A stretch of DNA of 64,000 nt from positions 1-64,000 of IMG/VR virus record IMGVR_UViG_3300025030_000041; one strand, 5' to 3'. Below, piece by piece: positions 29,906 through 40,884 of this stretch. Made by a program: the position numbers and the translations under genes. Numbering within the stretch: position 1 is the first letter of the stretch; the number at the start of each line of letters is the position of its first letter. Below the pieces are notes generated by a model that made no database searches, was not told the DNA's origin, and saw only the letters and a program-made list of their open reading frames with translations.

Positions 29906-30718
29906 ATGAAAACCGCAAAAATAGATAAATCTACATATTCATTAGTATTAGATCCGTTATATTTAATTAATTCAAAATGCTCAACTGATAAAGAATGGTT
30001 AGAATATACTATACTAGGAGCATTACAAAAATATAAAGAAAAACTAGATAATAATAATATACAAGTATTCAGTGAAATATTTTTACATTATTTTAATCTG
30101 TCGTCTTTAATTAACCTTAGTATAATTTTTGATAAAAAACACAAGTCACATGATATTTATACTAATAAAGATTTATCAAAAATAATAGATATTTTAAAAT
30201 ATGATACATCAGAACGAGAATACCTTATTAATATATACAATTGGATAAAGGAAAAGTTAAGAGATGTTTTCATTGAGGCAATAGAAAAACATATTAAAGT
30301 ATATGGTGGGTTAAATCTTCTTGTTAAGAATAAACAAATACATTTAACAGACGACATTTATATATTCTGCAAAAGTAATCCAAATTTATATTCAGAAATA
30401 TGGAGAATAAAAATAGATGAACGGTGTAATTTTATGTCATCTATTAAATTTATAGATGTTATAAAAGAAGATTCTAATTCTAATTATACTAAATTATCGC
30501 AATATGTTAATAAATTAAAGAATATTGAAAATAAAATTAATAATAATAATATAATAATAGTAAATAATGAATCTGCTATTAATTATAATGATATAATCTA
30601 TATAATTAGAGATATTTTATTTTTAAATAGAAATTTAGATGAAATTTTTGAAACAAAAGGTTTCGATAATGACATCCTTTATATATTATTAGAATTTATA
30701 AATAATGGTGGATTTTAA
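29906..30718 (+). CDS. Hypothetical protein
   Basis: ORF track. Confidence 0.65.
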   Translation: MKTAKIDKSTYSLVLDPLYLINSKCSTDKEWLEYTILGALQKYKEKLDNNNIQVFSEIFLHYFNLSSLINLSIIFDKKHKSHDIYTNKDLSKIIDILKYDTSEREYLINIYNWIKEKLRDVFIEAIEKHIKVYGGLNLLVKNKQIHLTDDIYIFCKSNPNLYSEIWRIKIDERCNFMSSIKFIDVIKEDSNSNYTKLSQYVNKLKNIENKINNNNIIIVNNESAINYNDIIYIIRDILFLNRNLDEIFETKGFDNDILYILLEFINNGGF

Positions 30719-30768
30719 AACATTTTATAGTATTTTGAATAAATAAAATAGTAAAAAAAACAAAAACA

Positions 30769-30939
30769 ATGAAAAAACTATTATTTTTAATTACAGTATC
30801 ACTTACTGCATGTAATTCAAATCAAACAACAAATACTGCTGTTAATGGCTCTACTACTACGCCTTGTGTAGATACTTCTATTAAATTAGAAATTCCTTTA
30901 ACTGATAGTATTAAGCTTGATACTTCTGCTATAAAATGA
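30769..30939 (+). CDS. Small lipoprotein (56 aa)
   Basis: Below the ORF-track cutoff: MKKLLFLITVSLTAC-NSNQTT..., lipobox LTAC, AATAAATA upstream. Confidence 0.7.
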   Translation: MKKLLFLITVSLTACNSNQTTNTAVNGSTTTPCVDTSIKLEIPLTDSIKLDTSAIK

Positions 30940-31109
30940 CAAAGAACTAGTATTTTTACTCGTTCTTTTGCCAGCATAATTTGCTATACATTTTAATAAA
31001 ATTCAAAAAATGATAAAAATATTAATAAATGATTTTTTGTGTGATTTCTATTATGGAATAGTTTTTACATGGGTAAAAACGTCTAAAATCATTAGTAAAT
31101 TAAAGAAAC

Positions 31110-32177
31110 TTATTTATTAAATCGATTAAAGTATTGATATGATATTAAATTGTATTTTGCTTTACCAACAAAATCTTTTAAGGTTTTAGCATTACAATAG
31201 CTCATTGCTGATTTTAAATAATCAACAAAGTTATTAGTCCATCCTTCTACTGTATATTCTACTTTATTATATTTTACTATGCCTTCACTTGTAGTTAATT
31301 TAAGTTTACCCCAAGATTGTTGAACCTCTTTAGTAGACATTCCTCTATATTTTTTATATAGAGGAATTTTATTTTTAAATAAAAAATGTTTAATATCTGG
31401 AAATTTATCAATTTTTATTTTTTTAAATAATAAAGTATCTCCGCATGATTCTATTGATTTATTAAAAATAGAACCTACCATAACGTAGTCGGCTCCTAGA
31501 CATATTACTTTTATAATATCACTGAAATTTTTCATGCCGCCATCTGCCACAATTTTAGCAGGTGAGCTTAACGTACAACTTATATCATAGCATTCTTTTA
31601 TTAAAGATCCCATTGGATAACCAATTGAAACGTTAGAGGACGTCGTGCATGCCCCACCGGACCCGATTCCGCACCGTATATAATCAGCACCAGCTTCGCT
31701 TAATATTCTATAAGTTTCAGGATTAGCGATATTTCCAACCATTAGCATAATAGAATTTCCATACATGTCTTTTGCTAATTTAACAATTTCTAATAACTTG
31801 GACATATGCCCATTTGCCATATCTATTAAAATATATTTATGGTCTATCGTTATTTTATTACGAATATATAAAGTAGTAAACTCATCTAATGAATATGACT
31901 TAAAAATTGGCATAGTAGTCATTAGCTTTGATATATCTATATTGCATCCTCTTGGAATACAAACTGGAATTTTATTCTTAATAAATATATCAATATTATT
32001 TTTATCTATTACAGTATCCATTGGAGCAGCTATAATAGGTAAATAATTTTGACATATTAAATTTAAGTGATTATAATATGGATTAACTTGCTTTCTTGAA
32101 TTTATTTTAGAAATGGCATCTGGCATTATTAAAATGTCATTTAAATCAAATTTTATTTTGTCTATATTAAAATCCAT
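31110..32177 (-). CDS. guaC: GMP reductase / IMPDH family
   Basis: AAPMDTV, IDMANGH, GIGSGGACTT, IVADGG, YRGMST, SAMSY. Confidence 0.85.
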   Translation of the reverse strand: MDFNIDKIKFDLNDILIMPDAISKINSRKQVNPYYNHLNLICQNYLPIIAAPMDTVIDKNNIDIFIKNKIPVCIPRGCNIDISKLMTTMPIFKSYSLDEFTTLYIRNKITIDHKYILIDMANGHMSKLLEIVKLAKDMYGNSIMLMVGNIANPETYRILSEAGADYIRCGIGSGGACTTSSNVSIGYPMGSLIKECYDISCTLSSPAKIVADGGMKNFSDIIKVICLGADYVMVGSIFNKSIESCGDTLLFKKIKIDKFPDIKHFLFKNKIPLYKKYRGMSTKEVQQSWGKLKLTTSEGIVKYNKVEYTVEGWTNNFVDYLKSAMSYCNAKTLKDFVGKAKYNLISYQYFNRFNK

Positions 32178-32183
32178 AGTATC

Positions 32184-32681
32184 TTAATTATTTTTTAAAA
32201 TAAATTCTTTAATTTTATTAAAAATAAAAGTAGGGTCTAGATGTTTTAAATTTTTTATAGTATCAACATACTTATTTGAGATACTTACCCAATCTAAATA
32301 CATATCTTCTTCTTTTATAAAAAAATTAGAATTACTAAACAAATTCATATTTTCTGGATACCCATATATTGTTGGATTACTTAATGTCCAAATTACTACT
32401 CCCGGTATATTGTAATATTTAGCAAAATGCTGAAAATATGAATCAACAGAAATCCAACAATTGACTTGTAATAGAATATTGTATTGTTTATCTTCGTCAT
32501 AGTTACATAACATCTCAACATTATTAAAGGTGGGTTCATCTTGTCCAAATACTAATTGATATACTTTAAAATTATCATTTATAAGTAAATTAATTAAATC
32601 TTGCCATTTACTATAATTTTTAGGATTTTCTATTTTATTTGGTAAAGTTCTACTATAAGGAATAATTAAAATAGATTTCAT
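32184..32681 (-). CDS. GT9/heptosyltransferase-like single-domain protein
   Basis: WISVDSYFQHFA...PGVVIW...YGYPEN. Confidence 0.65.
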   Translation of the reverse strand: MKSILIIPYSRTLPNKIENPKNYSKWQDLINLLINDNFKVYQLVFGQDEPTFNNVEMLCNYDEDKQYNILLQVNCWISVDSYFQHFAKYYNIPGVVIWTLSNPTIYGYPENMNLFSNSNFFIKEEDMYLDWVSISNKYVDTIKNLKHLDPTFIFNKIKEFILKNN

Positions 32682-32923
32682 TTAGTTTTAGACTTTTTAA
32701 AAGAATCTGCATAATTATTTATATCATTCGGAGATAAATGTGTAATAATTGATATGGGGTTTAATGCAATCTTTATTATAAATATTACTAATAAAAAATA
32801 AAACGCTTCCAGAATTGATACATCTATTGCCATACTTAATATAAAACTTAGAGGTATTGAACACATAAATAGAATACTTATCCATATTAAAATAATTAGC
32901 AAAAATCCAAATACAGTTTTCAT
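32678..32923 (-). CDS. Small membrane protein
   Basis: Two TM helices. Confidence 0.6.
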   Translation of the reverse strand: MKTVFGFLLIILIWISILFMCSIPLSFILSMAIDVSILEAFYFLLVIFIIKIALNPISIITHLSPNDINNYADSFKKSKTK

Positions 32924-32930
32924 ATTTTTA

Positions 32931-33440
32931 TTAAATTTTTATGTAAATTAATGATATACCTATTTTATTTAAAGTATCTAACCCTTCTAAATCTCTATAA
33001 AAATCTGAAAATATTACAGCAGTTATTCCAGACTGTATAATTAATTTACTGCATTCTTTACATGGTGATGATGTAATATATAAAATAGAGTCATCTGTCC
33101 TATTTCCATTTTTTGCAGCCTTTAAAATACAGTTAGCTTCAGCATGCAAAGTATACCAGTAGGTATTTCCAGTTTCATCTTCTGTAATATTAGGCATCCC
33201 GCTTGGTGTTCCATTATATCCATCTGAGATAATATTGCCATTCTTTACTAATAATGATCCAACTTTTAGCCGTGTAGCGTATGAGTTGTCTGACCATATT
33301 TTACACATTTGCAAATATCTAATATGTTTATTTAATTGCTTTTCCTCAATACAATTTTCGCAAATTATATTATTTTCAGCAATTAACGATTTTATAGTAT
33401 CGTTACTAGACCTACTGTAAAAATTTTTTATAATGTCCAT
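32931..33440 (-). CDS. cd: dCMP deaminase
   Basis: GYNGTPSG, HAEAN, PCKEC. Confidence 0.92.
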   Translation of the reverse strand: MDIIKNFYSRSSNDTIKSLIAENNIICENCIEEKQLNKHIRYLQMCKIWSDNSYATRLKVGSLLVKNGNIISDGYNGTPSGMPNITEDETGNTYWYTLHAEANCILKAAKNGNRTDDSILYITSSPCKECSKLIIQSGITAVIFSDFYRDLEGLDTLNKIGISLIYIKI

Positions 33441-33739
33441 TATTCTGGTAATAATGTTTCTAATTTATCTAATGAATACTTATTAAAAACTTTAGCAAGA
33501 TGCTCGTATTTCATTAAATCATTTAAATTTTCTATTTTTATCTGATACTTAGTACTAGCAACATTCCTAAATAATTCATTTAAACTATTGTTTGCATCTC
33601 GTAATTCTTCTATTAAGGATTTAGAAATATTATTTTTTCTAAAGCGGTCGGCTATTTCTGATACTAAGTCAGTAGTATCAATATCAGCTAGACAGACCTC
33701 TACTTCAGTGTCTACTTCAACTGTAACATATCTTCTCAT
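33440..33739 (-). CDS. Hypothetical protein
   Basis: ORF track. Confidence 0.65.
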   Translation of the reverse strand: MRRYVTVEVDTEVEVCLADIDTTDLVSEIADRFRKNNISKSLIEELRDANNSLNELFRNVASTKYQIKIENLNDLMKYEHLAKVFNKYSLDKLETLLPE

Positions 33740-33756
33740 TGTTTTTAGTTTTTAGT

Positions 33757-35430
33757 TTATAAATTTGTTTCTATTTCAATATCGCTAAAATTTCTTTCGT
33801 ATATTATATTATATTGTTTATTAAAAAGTTCTTTTGGTAAAATATTATGGCTTACTACAAATAAGTTCATATCAGTAGTGTTTATAAAATCTTTTAATAT
33901 TAAACTAACTTTTTCTATACTTCTATGATCTAAACTAGAAAATATTTCATCTAAAAATAATAAATTAATTGATGGTAATTTCATTTTAATAAGTTTCAAA
34001 ATAGATATAATAATAATAATATCCATCTTTTTTCTTTGTCCAGTTGATAATGAGTCTGATGAAATTTCAAATCCAATTTGTCTTATTACTGGATTGAATT
34101 CTTCATCAAAGAAAAAATCAAATTCATATTCTAGATTGTCTATTAGCTCTTTAATATAGGTATTAAACGTTGGAAGTATTTGTGATAACAATATTTTTTT
34201 AATTCCATTTTCACCAAGTATTTCTCCAGTAATAGAGTATATATTATTCTTTTGTTCTATTATTGTTTTTGATTTTTTTAATTCTTTTTGTTTATTTTCT
34301 AAATTAGAAATAATATTATTTAGACTTTTAACTTGTTCATTCGTATTAATCTTAGAATCTATTTCAGCAACTCTATTAATAATTTGTTTTATAGAACTTT
34401 CAGTTTTCCAGTGTTCTTCTTGTTTTATATTTTTATTTTTATTTTCAGTTTCTAATTTTTTTTCATAATCTGTTAAAGATAGTTTTAATTTGGAAATATT
34501 CTTTTTTCTTTCTTCTATAAATTCTTTAATTGACTTGCGTATTTCTTCATGGAAATCGCCATGCAAATCACTTTGGCAATGTGGACACTGTCTTTGCTCT
34601 AGAAATTTTAATTTATTATTATCTGATGTATTTTTATATTCTAATTCATTAATTTCCTTTGTAATTATATTAATATCGCTTTTTATTTTATTAACTTTAT
34701 TATTTAATTCAGTATATTCACTGGCAATTATATTTTTAGTATTAGTTAATTCATTTTTTTTATTTAATAATTCTTCTTTTTCTTTTGCTAATCCATCTTC
34801 AACTTGTTTTATAAGATTTTCTTTTTCTTGTATTGTACTACTAATTTGAGTTGTATTTGAGTCTAATTGAATATCTATTTTATTAATAGACGATTTAACG
34901 TCTTTTACTTTTTCTTTTAAAATATCATTCATTAAATTAATAAGGTCATACCCAAAAATCTTATCAATTATTTTTTTTTTGTCAGTATTATTAAGTTTAA
35001 TAAAACTTTTAAAATCATTAACTGAAAGAGAAATTGTATTTGTAAATATATTAAACGGTAATTTTAATAATTCATTCTCTATATAACTATTAATATTTCT
35101 TTTATCTGGTATATCATAAACTTCTCCATTTATTTTAAGTAATAAAAATCCAGGGTCTAACCCTCTTTCTATTTCTATTACTTGTGAAGATTTAGAAATA
35201 AATTTAGTATAACACCATAAATTTTTATTAATTCGATTTGGTAAATCTTTGTTTTTACGACTAGCACATTTGCCATATAAAACATATGAAATAACATCTA
35301 AAATTGAGCTTTTCCCGCTTCCAGATTGGCCTAATATAACATTAAATTCTTTATCAGTATTGAAATATATTGTCTGTTTTTTATTTCCATATGATGCAAA
35401 ATTTTTCCAAGATACTTCTAATAGTTTCAT
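33757..35430 (-). CDS. 46: Recombination ATPase gp46 (Rad50/SbcC)
   Basis: GQSGSGKS, coiled coil with CPHC hook, LSTGQ, LFLDE. Confidence 0.93.
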   Translation of the reverse strand: MKLLEVSWKNFASYGNKKQTIYFNTDKEFNVILGQSGSGKSSILDVISYVLYGKCASRKNKDLPNRINKNLWCYTKFISKSSQVIEIERGLDPGFLLLKINGEVYDIPDKRNINSYIENELLKLPFNIFTNTISLSVNDFKSFIKLNNTDKKKIIDKIFGYDLINLMNDILKEKVKDVKSSINKIDIQLDSNTTQISSTIQEKENLIKQVEDGLAKEKEELLNKKNELTNTKNIIASEYTELNNKVNKIKSDINIITKEINELEYKNTSDNNKLKFLEQRQCPHCQSDLHGDFHEEIRKSIKEFIEERKKNISKLKLSLTDYEKKLETENKNKNIKQEEHWKTESSIKQIINRVAEIDSKINTNEQVKSLNNIISNLENKQKELKKSKTIIEQKNNIYSITGEILGENGIKKILLSQILPTFNTYIKELIDNLEYEFDFFFDEEFNPVIRQIGFEISSDSLSTGQRKKMDIIIIISILKLIKMKLPSINLLFLDEIFSSLDHRSIEKVSLILKDFINTTDMNLFVVSHNILPKELFNKQYNIIYERNFSDIEIETNL

Positions 35431-36560
35431 TCCTCAGACATTATTAGGTTTTTATTCATTTCGCTAGCCTCTTTATATAACTTTTCAAAATAATTAGATA
35501 CAATTGTTTTAGTATCAGTATCTACTTTAATTGAATCTAAAAATAAATTAACAGCATCAAATGTATTTAAATTTTTTATATCAACGTTTTTTAATGCGTC
35601 ATTAATTTCAATATTTTTTTCACTATCATAAGGAAAAAAATCTATTTTTCTAATTTTAAAATCTTTAATTAATTCTAAAAACTGACTTATTATAAATTTT
35701 CCACTATACTTATTATCTACATAAATATCAACTAAATTATTTTTTAGTAAGGACTCGGATTCTTCTAAAGATAATTCTATTAAATCATGTAAATTCGTTT
35801 TAATAAAAACTGGTGAATACTTATTTTCTATAAATTCTTCTTTAAAATTATTACCAGTAAATTTAAGGGTATACCATCCTTTTTGATTATTACAATCGCT
35901 TCTTTCCATTGCGTATGGAATACCTGTATAAACTACCCAATCTTTTTCTTGTCTATAATGAATATGACCAGAAAATATCTTTTTAAATTTACGTATATTT
36001 TTTAGGTTTAATCCTTGGTCTATTATTCTACTTTTATCAAATTTCATATTTTGAATATCAGCATGACATAATAAATACTCACAATCTTTACTATATTCAT
36101 TAATTATATTTTCAAATTTTTCATAGTCATGTTCGTATGGCATCATGAAAAATTTATTATTGTTAATTTCAAGAATATCATAACTTTCAATAACATGAAT
36201 ATTAGTAGATAATAATTCAAATTGCTTAACTGAATTAATTTCAGTCGTGGACTTATTAAACAAATCATGATTACCTAAAATAATAATTACTTTATTAAAA
36301 TATCCAGATAACTCTTTAAATAATTTTTGAGCTTCGTATAACACCTTAATATTTAAAAATTCTCTTGAATGAAAAATATCGCCCATTAAAAATAAAGTGT
36401 CCTCATCTTTATTATAATCAGATGTTTTTATAATAGTAGGAATAAAATAATTTCTCCAAAAATCCAATTGAATATTTAACCATTCAGATGAGTTACTTCT
36501 AATTCCAAAGTGTAAATCTCCAACTAAATGTAAATTTTTAATTTTATCTAATTTAATCAT
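35427..36560 (-). CDS. 47: Recombination nuclease gp47 (Mre11/SbcD)
   Basis: GDLHFG, GDIFH, GNHD, SGHIH; adjacent to gp46. Confidence 0.93.
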   Translation of the reverse strand: MIKLDKIKNLHLVGDLHFGIRSNSSEWLNIQLDFWRNYFIPTIIKTSDYNKDEDTLFLMGDIFHSREFLNIKVLYEAQKLFKELSGYFNKVIIILGNHDLFNKSTTEINSVKQFELLSTNIHVIESYDILEINNNKFFMMPYEHDYEKFENIINEYSKDCEYLLCHADIQNMKFDKSRIIDQGLNLKNIRKFKKIFSGHIHYRQEKDWVVYTGIPYAMERSDCNNQKGWYTLKFTGNNFKEEFIENKYSPVFIKTNLHDLIELSLEESESLLKNNLVDIYVDNKYSGKFIISQFLELIKDFKIRKIDFFPYDSEKNIEINDALKNVDIKNLNTFDAVNLFLDSIKVDTDTKTIVSNYFEKLYKEASEMNKNLIMSEE

Positions 36561-36735
36561 TATTTTTTATTTAATACATTTAATGTTACACAATGTGTAG
36601 TCTCATCATAAACAAATTTTACTCCATACTCAATTAAAATAATATTAACATCTTTTATAAACTCACGTATGCAGTATGGACATTTCCCATCTATATTTTC
36701 TATGGCTGGAGTTAATCTCCTAAGAATTTCAGTTA

Positions 36736-37320
36736 TCATTGTGTTATTAAATTTTTAATAGAATCTTTTAATGAGTCTTCATTAATTGATTTAATTAATT
36801 TGTTTGTTATTATATTTAAAAATTCGTCTTTGTTTTCACTTGAATTATACATCATTTTTAAAACATCAATTGGAGGTAATTTTGATTTTATTTTAATAGG
36901 AAAGTCAAATTCATTAATTTGAAACATATCAAATATATCAACCTTATTTTCTGTTTTAATTTCAGGTTTAGTCGTGGTATTTTGAATTGTTTTTTTAATA
37001 GCATCATTTAAATTCTTACTCATAACTGGAGTTTCAATAGGCGGATTGTTAATATCATAAACTTCAGTTAAATGGTCGCTTAGTATTTCTAAATTTATTT
37101 TAGAGCCATCCTCAAATATTAATCTAGTCATTCCTTGAGAATTTTTAACATCATTACATTTAACAATAATACCTAATTTTAATGGATCTATTGGTTTAGT
37201 CCATTGAAATGATTTTCCAATATAGTGTTCTCTTAACTCTGTGGTTTTAGTATTAGTTTCTAAATTCATTTTAAATATTTTTTTTAGGAAGTTTATTAAA
37301 AAATCATTATTTTTAATCAT
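36736..37320 (-). CDS. Hypothetical protein
   Basis: ORF track. Confidence 0.65.
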   Translation of the reverse strand: MIKNNDFLINFLKKIFKMNLETNTKTTELREHYIGKSFQWTKPIDPLKLGIIVKCNDVKNSQGMTRLIFEDGSKINLEILSDHLTEVYDINNPPIETPVMSKNLNDAIKKTIQNTTTKPEIKTENKVDIFDMFQINEFDFPIKIKSKLPPIDVLKMMYNSSENKDEFLNIITNKLIKSINEDSLKDSIKNLITQ

Positions 37321-38130
37321 TTAAAGTATTGCACAAATGTTAGTATATCTGTCATTTTCACCTATTACAACTGGATGTAATTCTCCTATTCCAGAATATC
37401 CACACCCACTGTCGGCTAATACTACTGTTTTAGGTACGCCACTGTGTATATAGTTATGAAATCTTGGAAAATTTATTCCTTCGTCTAATCTATTATAATG
37501 TCCGTGTACTGACACCAAATATGGTTCAGGTACTTTAAATATAGTATCTTTCTTTTGATTTCCAAAATCCGAGGATTTTCCCCATAATAAGTCAGAATCA
37601 CCTATATTTTTTATATCACTAAGAGGAGCATGACTAAAAAATATAGTATTAGTAGAATACCTAGTTTTTCCATATTTCTTTAAAAAAGAATAATATTCAC
37701 TATTTAATATTTTTTCTCTCCAATCACTCACTTTACTTGAAATATTATAATGATTATCAAATACTACGCCAAATAAATCTTTGCATGTTATAATTCCATC
37801 ATTATACTCCCATAAATCACTCCATTTTATGAGTTTATTATCTAACAATATTGAAGTATCTTCAGCCGTTCCTATAATAAACATATCATGATTTCCAAGT
37901 AAACATATTGCGTTCCTATTAATAACATAGTCTTCAATCTTTTTTAATACTGCACCTGAATGATTACCTCTATCAATATAGTCACCTAAAAATACATACT
38001 GAATAGTATCATATTTAGATATTATACCAAACTTTCTTTGAAATTTTACCCAGGCATTACATGTTTCTAATGCAAAATTTAATTTGAAAATATCTCCATG
38101 TATATCAGGAATAGCTATATAATAATTCAT
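37321..38130 (-). CDS. Ser/Thr protein phosphatase (PPP-type metallophosphoesterase)
   Basis: DIHG, LGDYIDRG, LGNHD. Confidence 0.85.
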   Translation of the reverse strand: MNYYIAIPDIHGDIFKLNFALETCNAWVKFQRKFGIISKYDTIQYVFLGDYIDRGNHSGAVLKKIEDYVINRNAICLLGNHDMFIIGTAEDTSILLDNKLIKWSDLWEYNDGIITCKDLFGVVFDNHYNISSKVSDWREKILNSEYYSFLKKYGKTRYSTNTIFFSHAPLSDIKNIGDSDLLWGKSSDFGNQKKDTIFKVPEPYLVSVHGHYNRLDEGINFPRFHNYIHSGVPKTVVLADSGCGYSGIGELHPVVIGENDRYTNICAIL

Positions 38131-38191
38131 TTTATCAATTAAAATTTATACAATATCTTATACTAGATTTATAGTAAAATGTTTTATAAAT

Positions 38192-39628
38192 TTATTTATC
38201 TAATTCATTTAGCCTATCAGACAATGCCTTACGCAAAGCTTTATTTTCGAGTCTTTCATTATAAAAATAATTTAATATTTTTCGTGAGACTGAATCAATA
38301 TCCATCCTAAAATATGTATCAAATGCCGTTTTACATATTTTTCTATCTATTAGCTCCTCAATAGATAAATTAAGGCCTTTCCCTAAATATGTATCAGGTG
38401 ATATATTATTGCTACAAATTATGTTCGGATATAGACTAGAAAAGTCCTGACATACTACAGTTTTATAATATCCAGGAATCGGTTCCTTAACGAATGCGCC
38501 TTCATATTTTGGGCCACCTTCATTTTTTTGATACTTTGAGTTATATATTAGTTGTTTTTCTTCTTCTGTTTTTTCAGGTACTTTTAAATTTTGTTCTATG
38601 TATTTTCTAAATATTAGAATTTCACTTATAAATACTGGGCTATTATATTTATTAATATCACATATACTTAAGTTTACCATTTCAAATACAACATCAAGAA
38701 GAAATTTAGAGTCTTCTATTTCTTTTACTAAAATAGAGTCGATAGCATTGTATATTGCAAATTTGCGATAATTTGTTTTATACATTTCTAGTATATTTTC
38801 ATTATCATTTTTAAATTTTTTAACTCCAAGTACTTCTTTTGAAATATAGTCTAATGTATAATTCTCTACAATTTTTAATGGCGACCTGCTTCTAAATAGT
38901 TCAAGGTAGTCTATAACAGCAGTATGAGCTGGAACTAAATATTTTGTTACTCTTTTATTTGTTGCTATATTTTTTGTTGGATTTATTTTTAAATTTTCAC
39001 AGCGTTTCATTAGATATTGCCAGTCAAAATTTAAGAAATTCCATCCAGTTAATAGCGGTATTTTTGGTAGAAATTTATGAAAGAAATACTCTAACATTTC
39101 TATTTCAGTTTTGAACCAAAGATATTTTAAAGTATAGGTTTTTAAATTTGGATTACTTTTTTTAAGATATGTATTCATTTCATTTTCCATATCTTGTTCT
39201 TGACTTCTCAAGTCTTCTCGACACGACAATATATATGCAATATTAGATTCGTTTACTACTGATATTAGAAGAACTTGGTATTTTGCTTCTGATGGTTCTG
39301 GGAATTCATTATTTTCTCCAGTTTCAGTCTCAATATCACAATAATATTTTTTAGGAGTATTAAATTCTGACATTTTATTTTTTTCATCTAGTGTGAGATT
39401 ATTATATAAGAATTCTTCTTGTCTAAAACGTCCTAAATACTCTGTAGGTTTTTTTCTTACATTTTTATTATCCCAACTTTTTAATCCAGTATTTTCTTCA
39501 CAATATTCGTAGTTATATAAATCAGAACTTGGTATATTTTTAATAATAAAGTCTATTTCTTTATTTTTATTAATGTATGATATATACATTTTACTTTTAT
39601 ACTTATTAAATTCAACTCCTACTACCAT
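38192..39628 (-). CDS. 43: Family B DNA polymerase, N-terminal half (exonuclease plus motif A; gp43A-like)
   Basis: DIET (ExoI), GWNFLNFD (ExoII), YNAID (ExoIII), DFSSLYP (motif A); ends before motif B. Confidence 0.9.
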   Translation of the reverse strand: MVVGVEFNKYKSKMYISYINKNKEIDFIIKNIPSSDLYNYEYCEENTGLKSWDNKNVRKKPTEYLGRFRQEEFLYNNLTLDEKNKMSEFNTPKKYYCDIETETGENNEFPEPSEAKYQVLLISVVNESNIAYILSCREDLRSQEQDMENEMNTYLKKSNPNLKTYTLKYLWFKTEIEMLEYFFHKFLPKIPLLTGWNFLNFDWQYLMKRCENLKINPTKNIATNKRVTKYLVPAHTAVIDYLELFRSRSPLKIVENYTLDYISKEVLGVKKFKNDNENILEMYKTNYRKFAIYNAIDSILVKEIEDSKFLLDVVFEMVNLSICDINKYNSPVFISEILIFRKYIEQNLKVPEKTEEEKQLIYNSKYQKNEGGPKYEGAFVKEPIPGYYKTVVCQDFSSLYPNIICSNNISPDTYLGKGLNLSIEELIDRKICKTAFDTYFRMDIDSVSRKILNYFYNERLENKALRKALSDRLNELDK

Positions 39629-39821
39629 TATTTTCTAAATTAATTAAGGTTTTTAATTTTTCTTTTAATATTATTTTATTTTTTATTTCTTCTATACGAT
39701 TATTAAAATCTGTAGTAACGTCATCTCCATCAAATACTTTATAGTTTTTAGTACTTTTATCAAAAAAAATTTTGCCAATTATATAATTAGGTTCGTCAGT
39801 ATCACCAAAAATAACTTCCAT
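39612..39821 (-). CDS. Small hypothetical protein
   Basis: ORF track; C-terminal KEKLKTLI. Confidence 0.6.
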   Translation of the reverse strand: MEVIFGDTDEPNYIIGKIFFDKSTKNYKVFDGDDVTTDFNNRIEEIKNKIILKEKLKTLINLENNGSRS

Positions 39822-40002
39822 GGATTATTTTAGTATTTTTTAATTTAAGCTTTAATTTTTTATTTGGGCATATTGGTTCAGCCAATATTTTACCGTTAGA
39901 ATTTATTGTAATTTTCCAAGTACTACCCGTTTCATCTCTCATTATAATGCCAGATTTTTCACTTAGTATATGGACATTTCTGTCATTATCTACTGAAAAC
40001 AC
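39802..40002 (-). CDS. Small hypothetical protein, paralog of 40059
   Basis: DETGSTWKITINSNGKILAEP versus DEDGDAWSLKISRDGTLKVKP. Confidence 0.6.
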   Translation of the reverse strand: MFSVDNDRNVHILSEKSGIIMRDETGSTWKITINSNGKILAEPICPNKKLKLKLKNTKIIHGSYFW

Positions 40003-40058
40003 AGGGGGTCTGATAAATTCATTATTTTAAAGAAATGATTATCCATTTTTAATTATTT

Positions 40059-40406
40059 TTAAAAATCCAATAATATCTTTACTTTAAGTTTAGTCTTTTT
40101 AGATTCATTTAATGGTTTAACTTTAAGAGTTCCATCTCTTGAAATTTTTAAACTCCAGGCATCTCCGTCTTCGTCAGCTAAAAGCATTTCACTAGCCGGG
40201 TTATAATGATAGGTTCCTATAGAACTAGGTGTATGACTGGATGTGCTGATTACACTACCTATTGAAGTATTATAAGTAGGAATAACTCTATTGTTATCAC
40301 TTATATAAGTATGGGTACGAGTATCTCCTGAAATTAAAGCACTATCATTTCTAATATGCATATTTGAATTATTATTAGATGAGTCTTTTTTTATTTTTTT
40401 AGCCAT
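40059..40406 (-). CDS. Small hypothetical protein
   Basis: ORF track; paralogous C-terminal domain. Confidence 0.6.
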   Translation of the reverse strand: MAKKIKKDSSNNNSNMHIRNDSALISGDTRTHTYISDNNRVIPTYNTSIGSVISTSSHTPSSIGTYHYNPASEMLLADEDGDAWSLKISRDGTLKVKPLNESKKTKLKVKILLDF

Positions 40407-40420
40407 TTTTTATCTTATTT

Positions 40421-40873
40421 TTAAATATGATTTGTACTTCCAAAACCGCCAGTTCTTGTTGTTTTTTGAAATGCAAAACATTCATCATCATTTTTACATT
40501 TAATTAAACTAGGTTTAATATATGGTAAATACATAAACTGAATTATCTTTTCTCCCGGATTAATATCAATACTATATTTACTCGTATTATATAAATGCAA
40601 GTGTACTTCTAAATGATAATCTGGATCAATTAAACACGCTCCGACTTGCAGTCGTTTTTTAGTAGCAACTCCACTTTTATTTACTGCTAATAGACATGTT
40701 CCAATTGGTATATTAAATTTAATTCCAGACGGTATTAGTACGTCTTCTCCTGGTAATAAACTTTTTTGTTGAAAATCGTTTGGAACATACATATCAATTC
40801 CAACAGAGTCTGATGTTCCTATTGATGGGTCTTTCACATCTCTGGTTTTTACATATTTTAATTTCTGATTCAT
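40421..40873 (-). CDS. dut: Trimeric dUTPase
   Basis: GIDM, KSG, IDPDY, RTGGFGST. Confidence 0.93.
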   Translation of the reverse strand: MNQKLKYVKTRDVKDPSIGTSDSVGIDMYVPNDFQQKSLLPGEDVLIPSGIKFNIPIGTCLLAVNKSGVATKKRLQVGACLIDPDYHLEVHLHLYNTSKYSIDINPGEKIIQFMYLPYIKPSLIKCKNDDECFAFQKTTRTGGFGSTNHI

Positions 40874-40884
40874 AAGTAGTGCTA

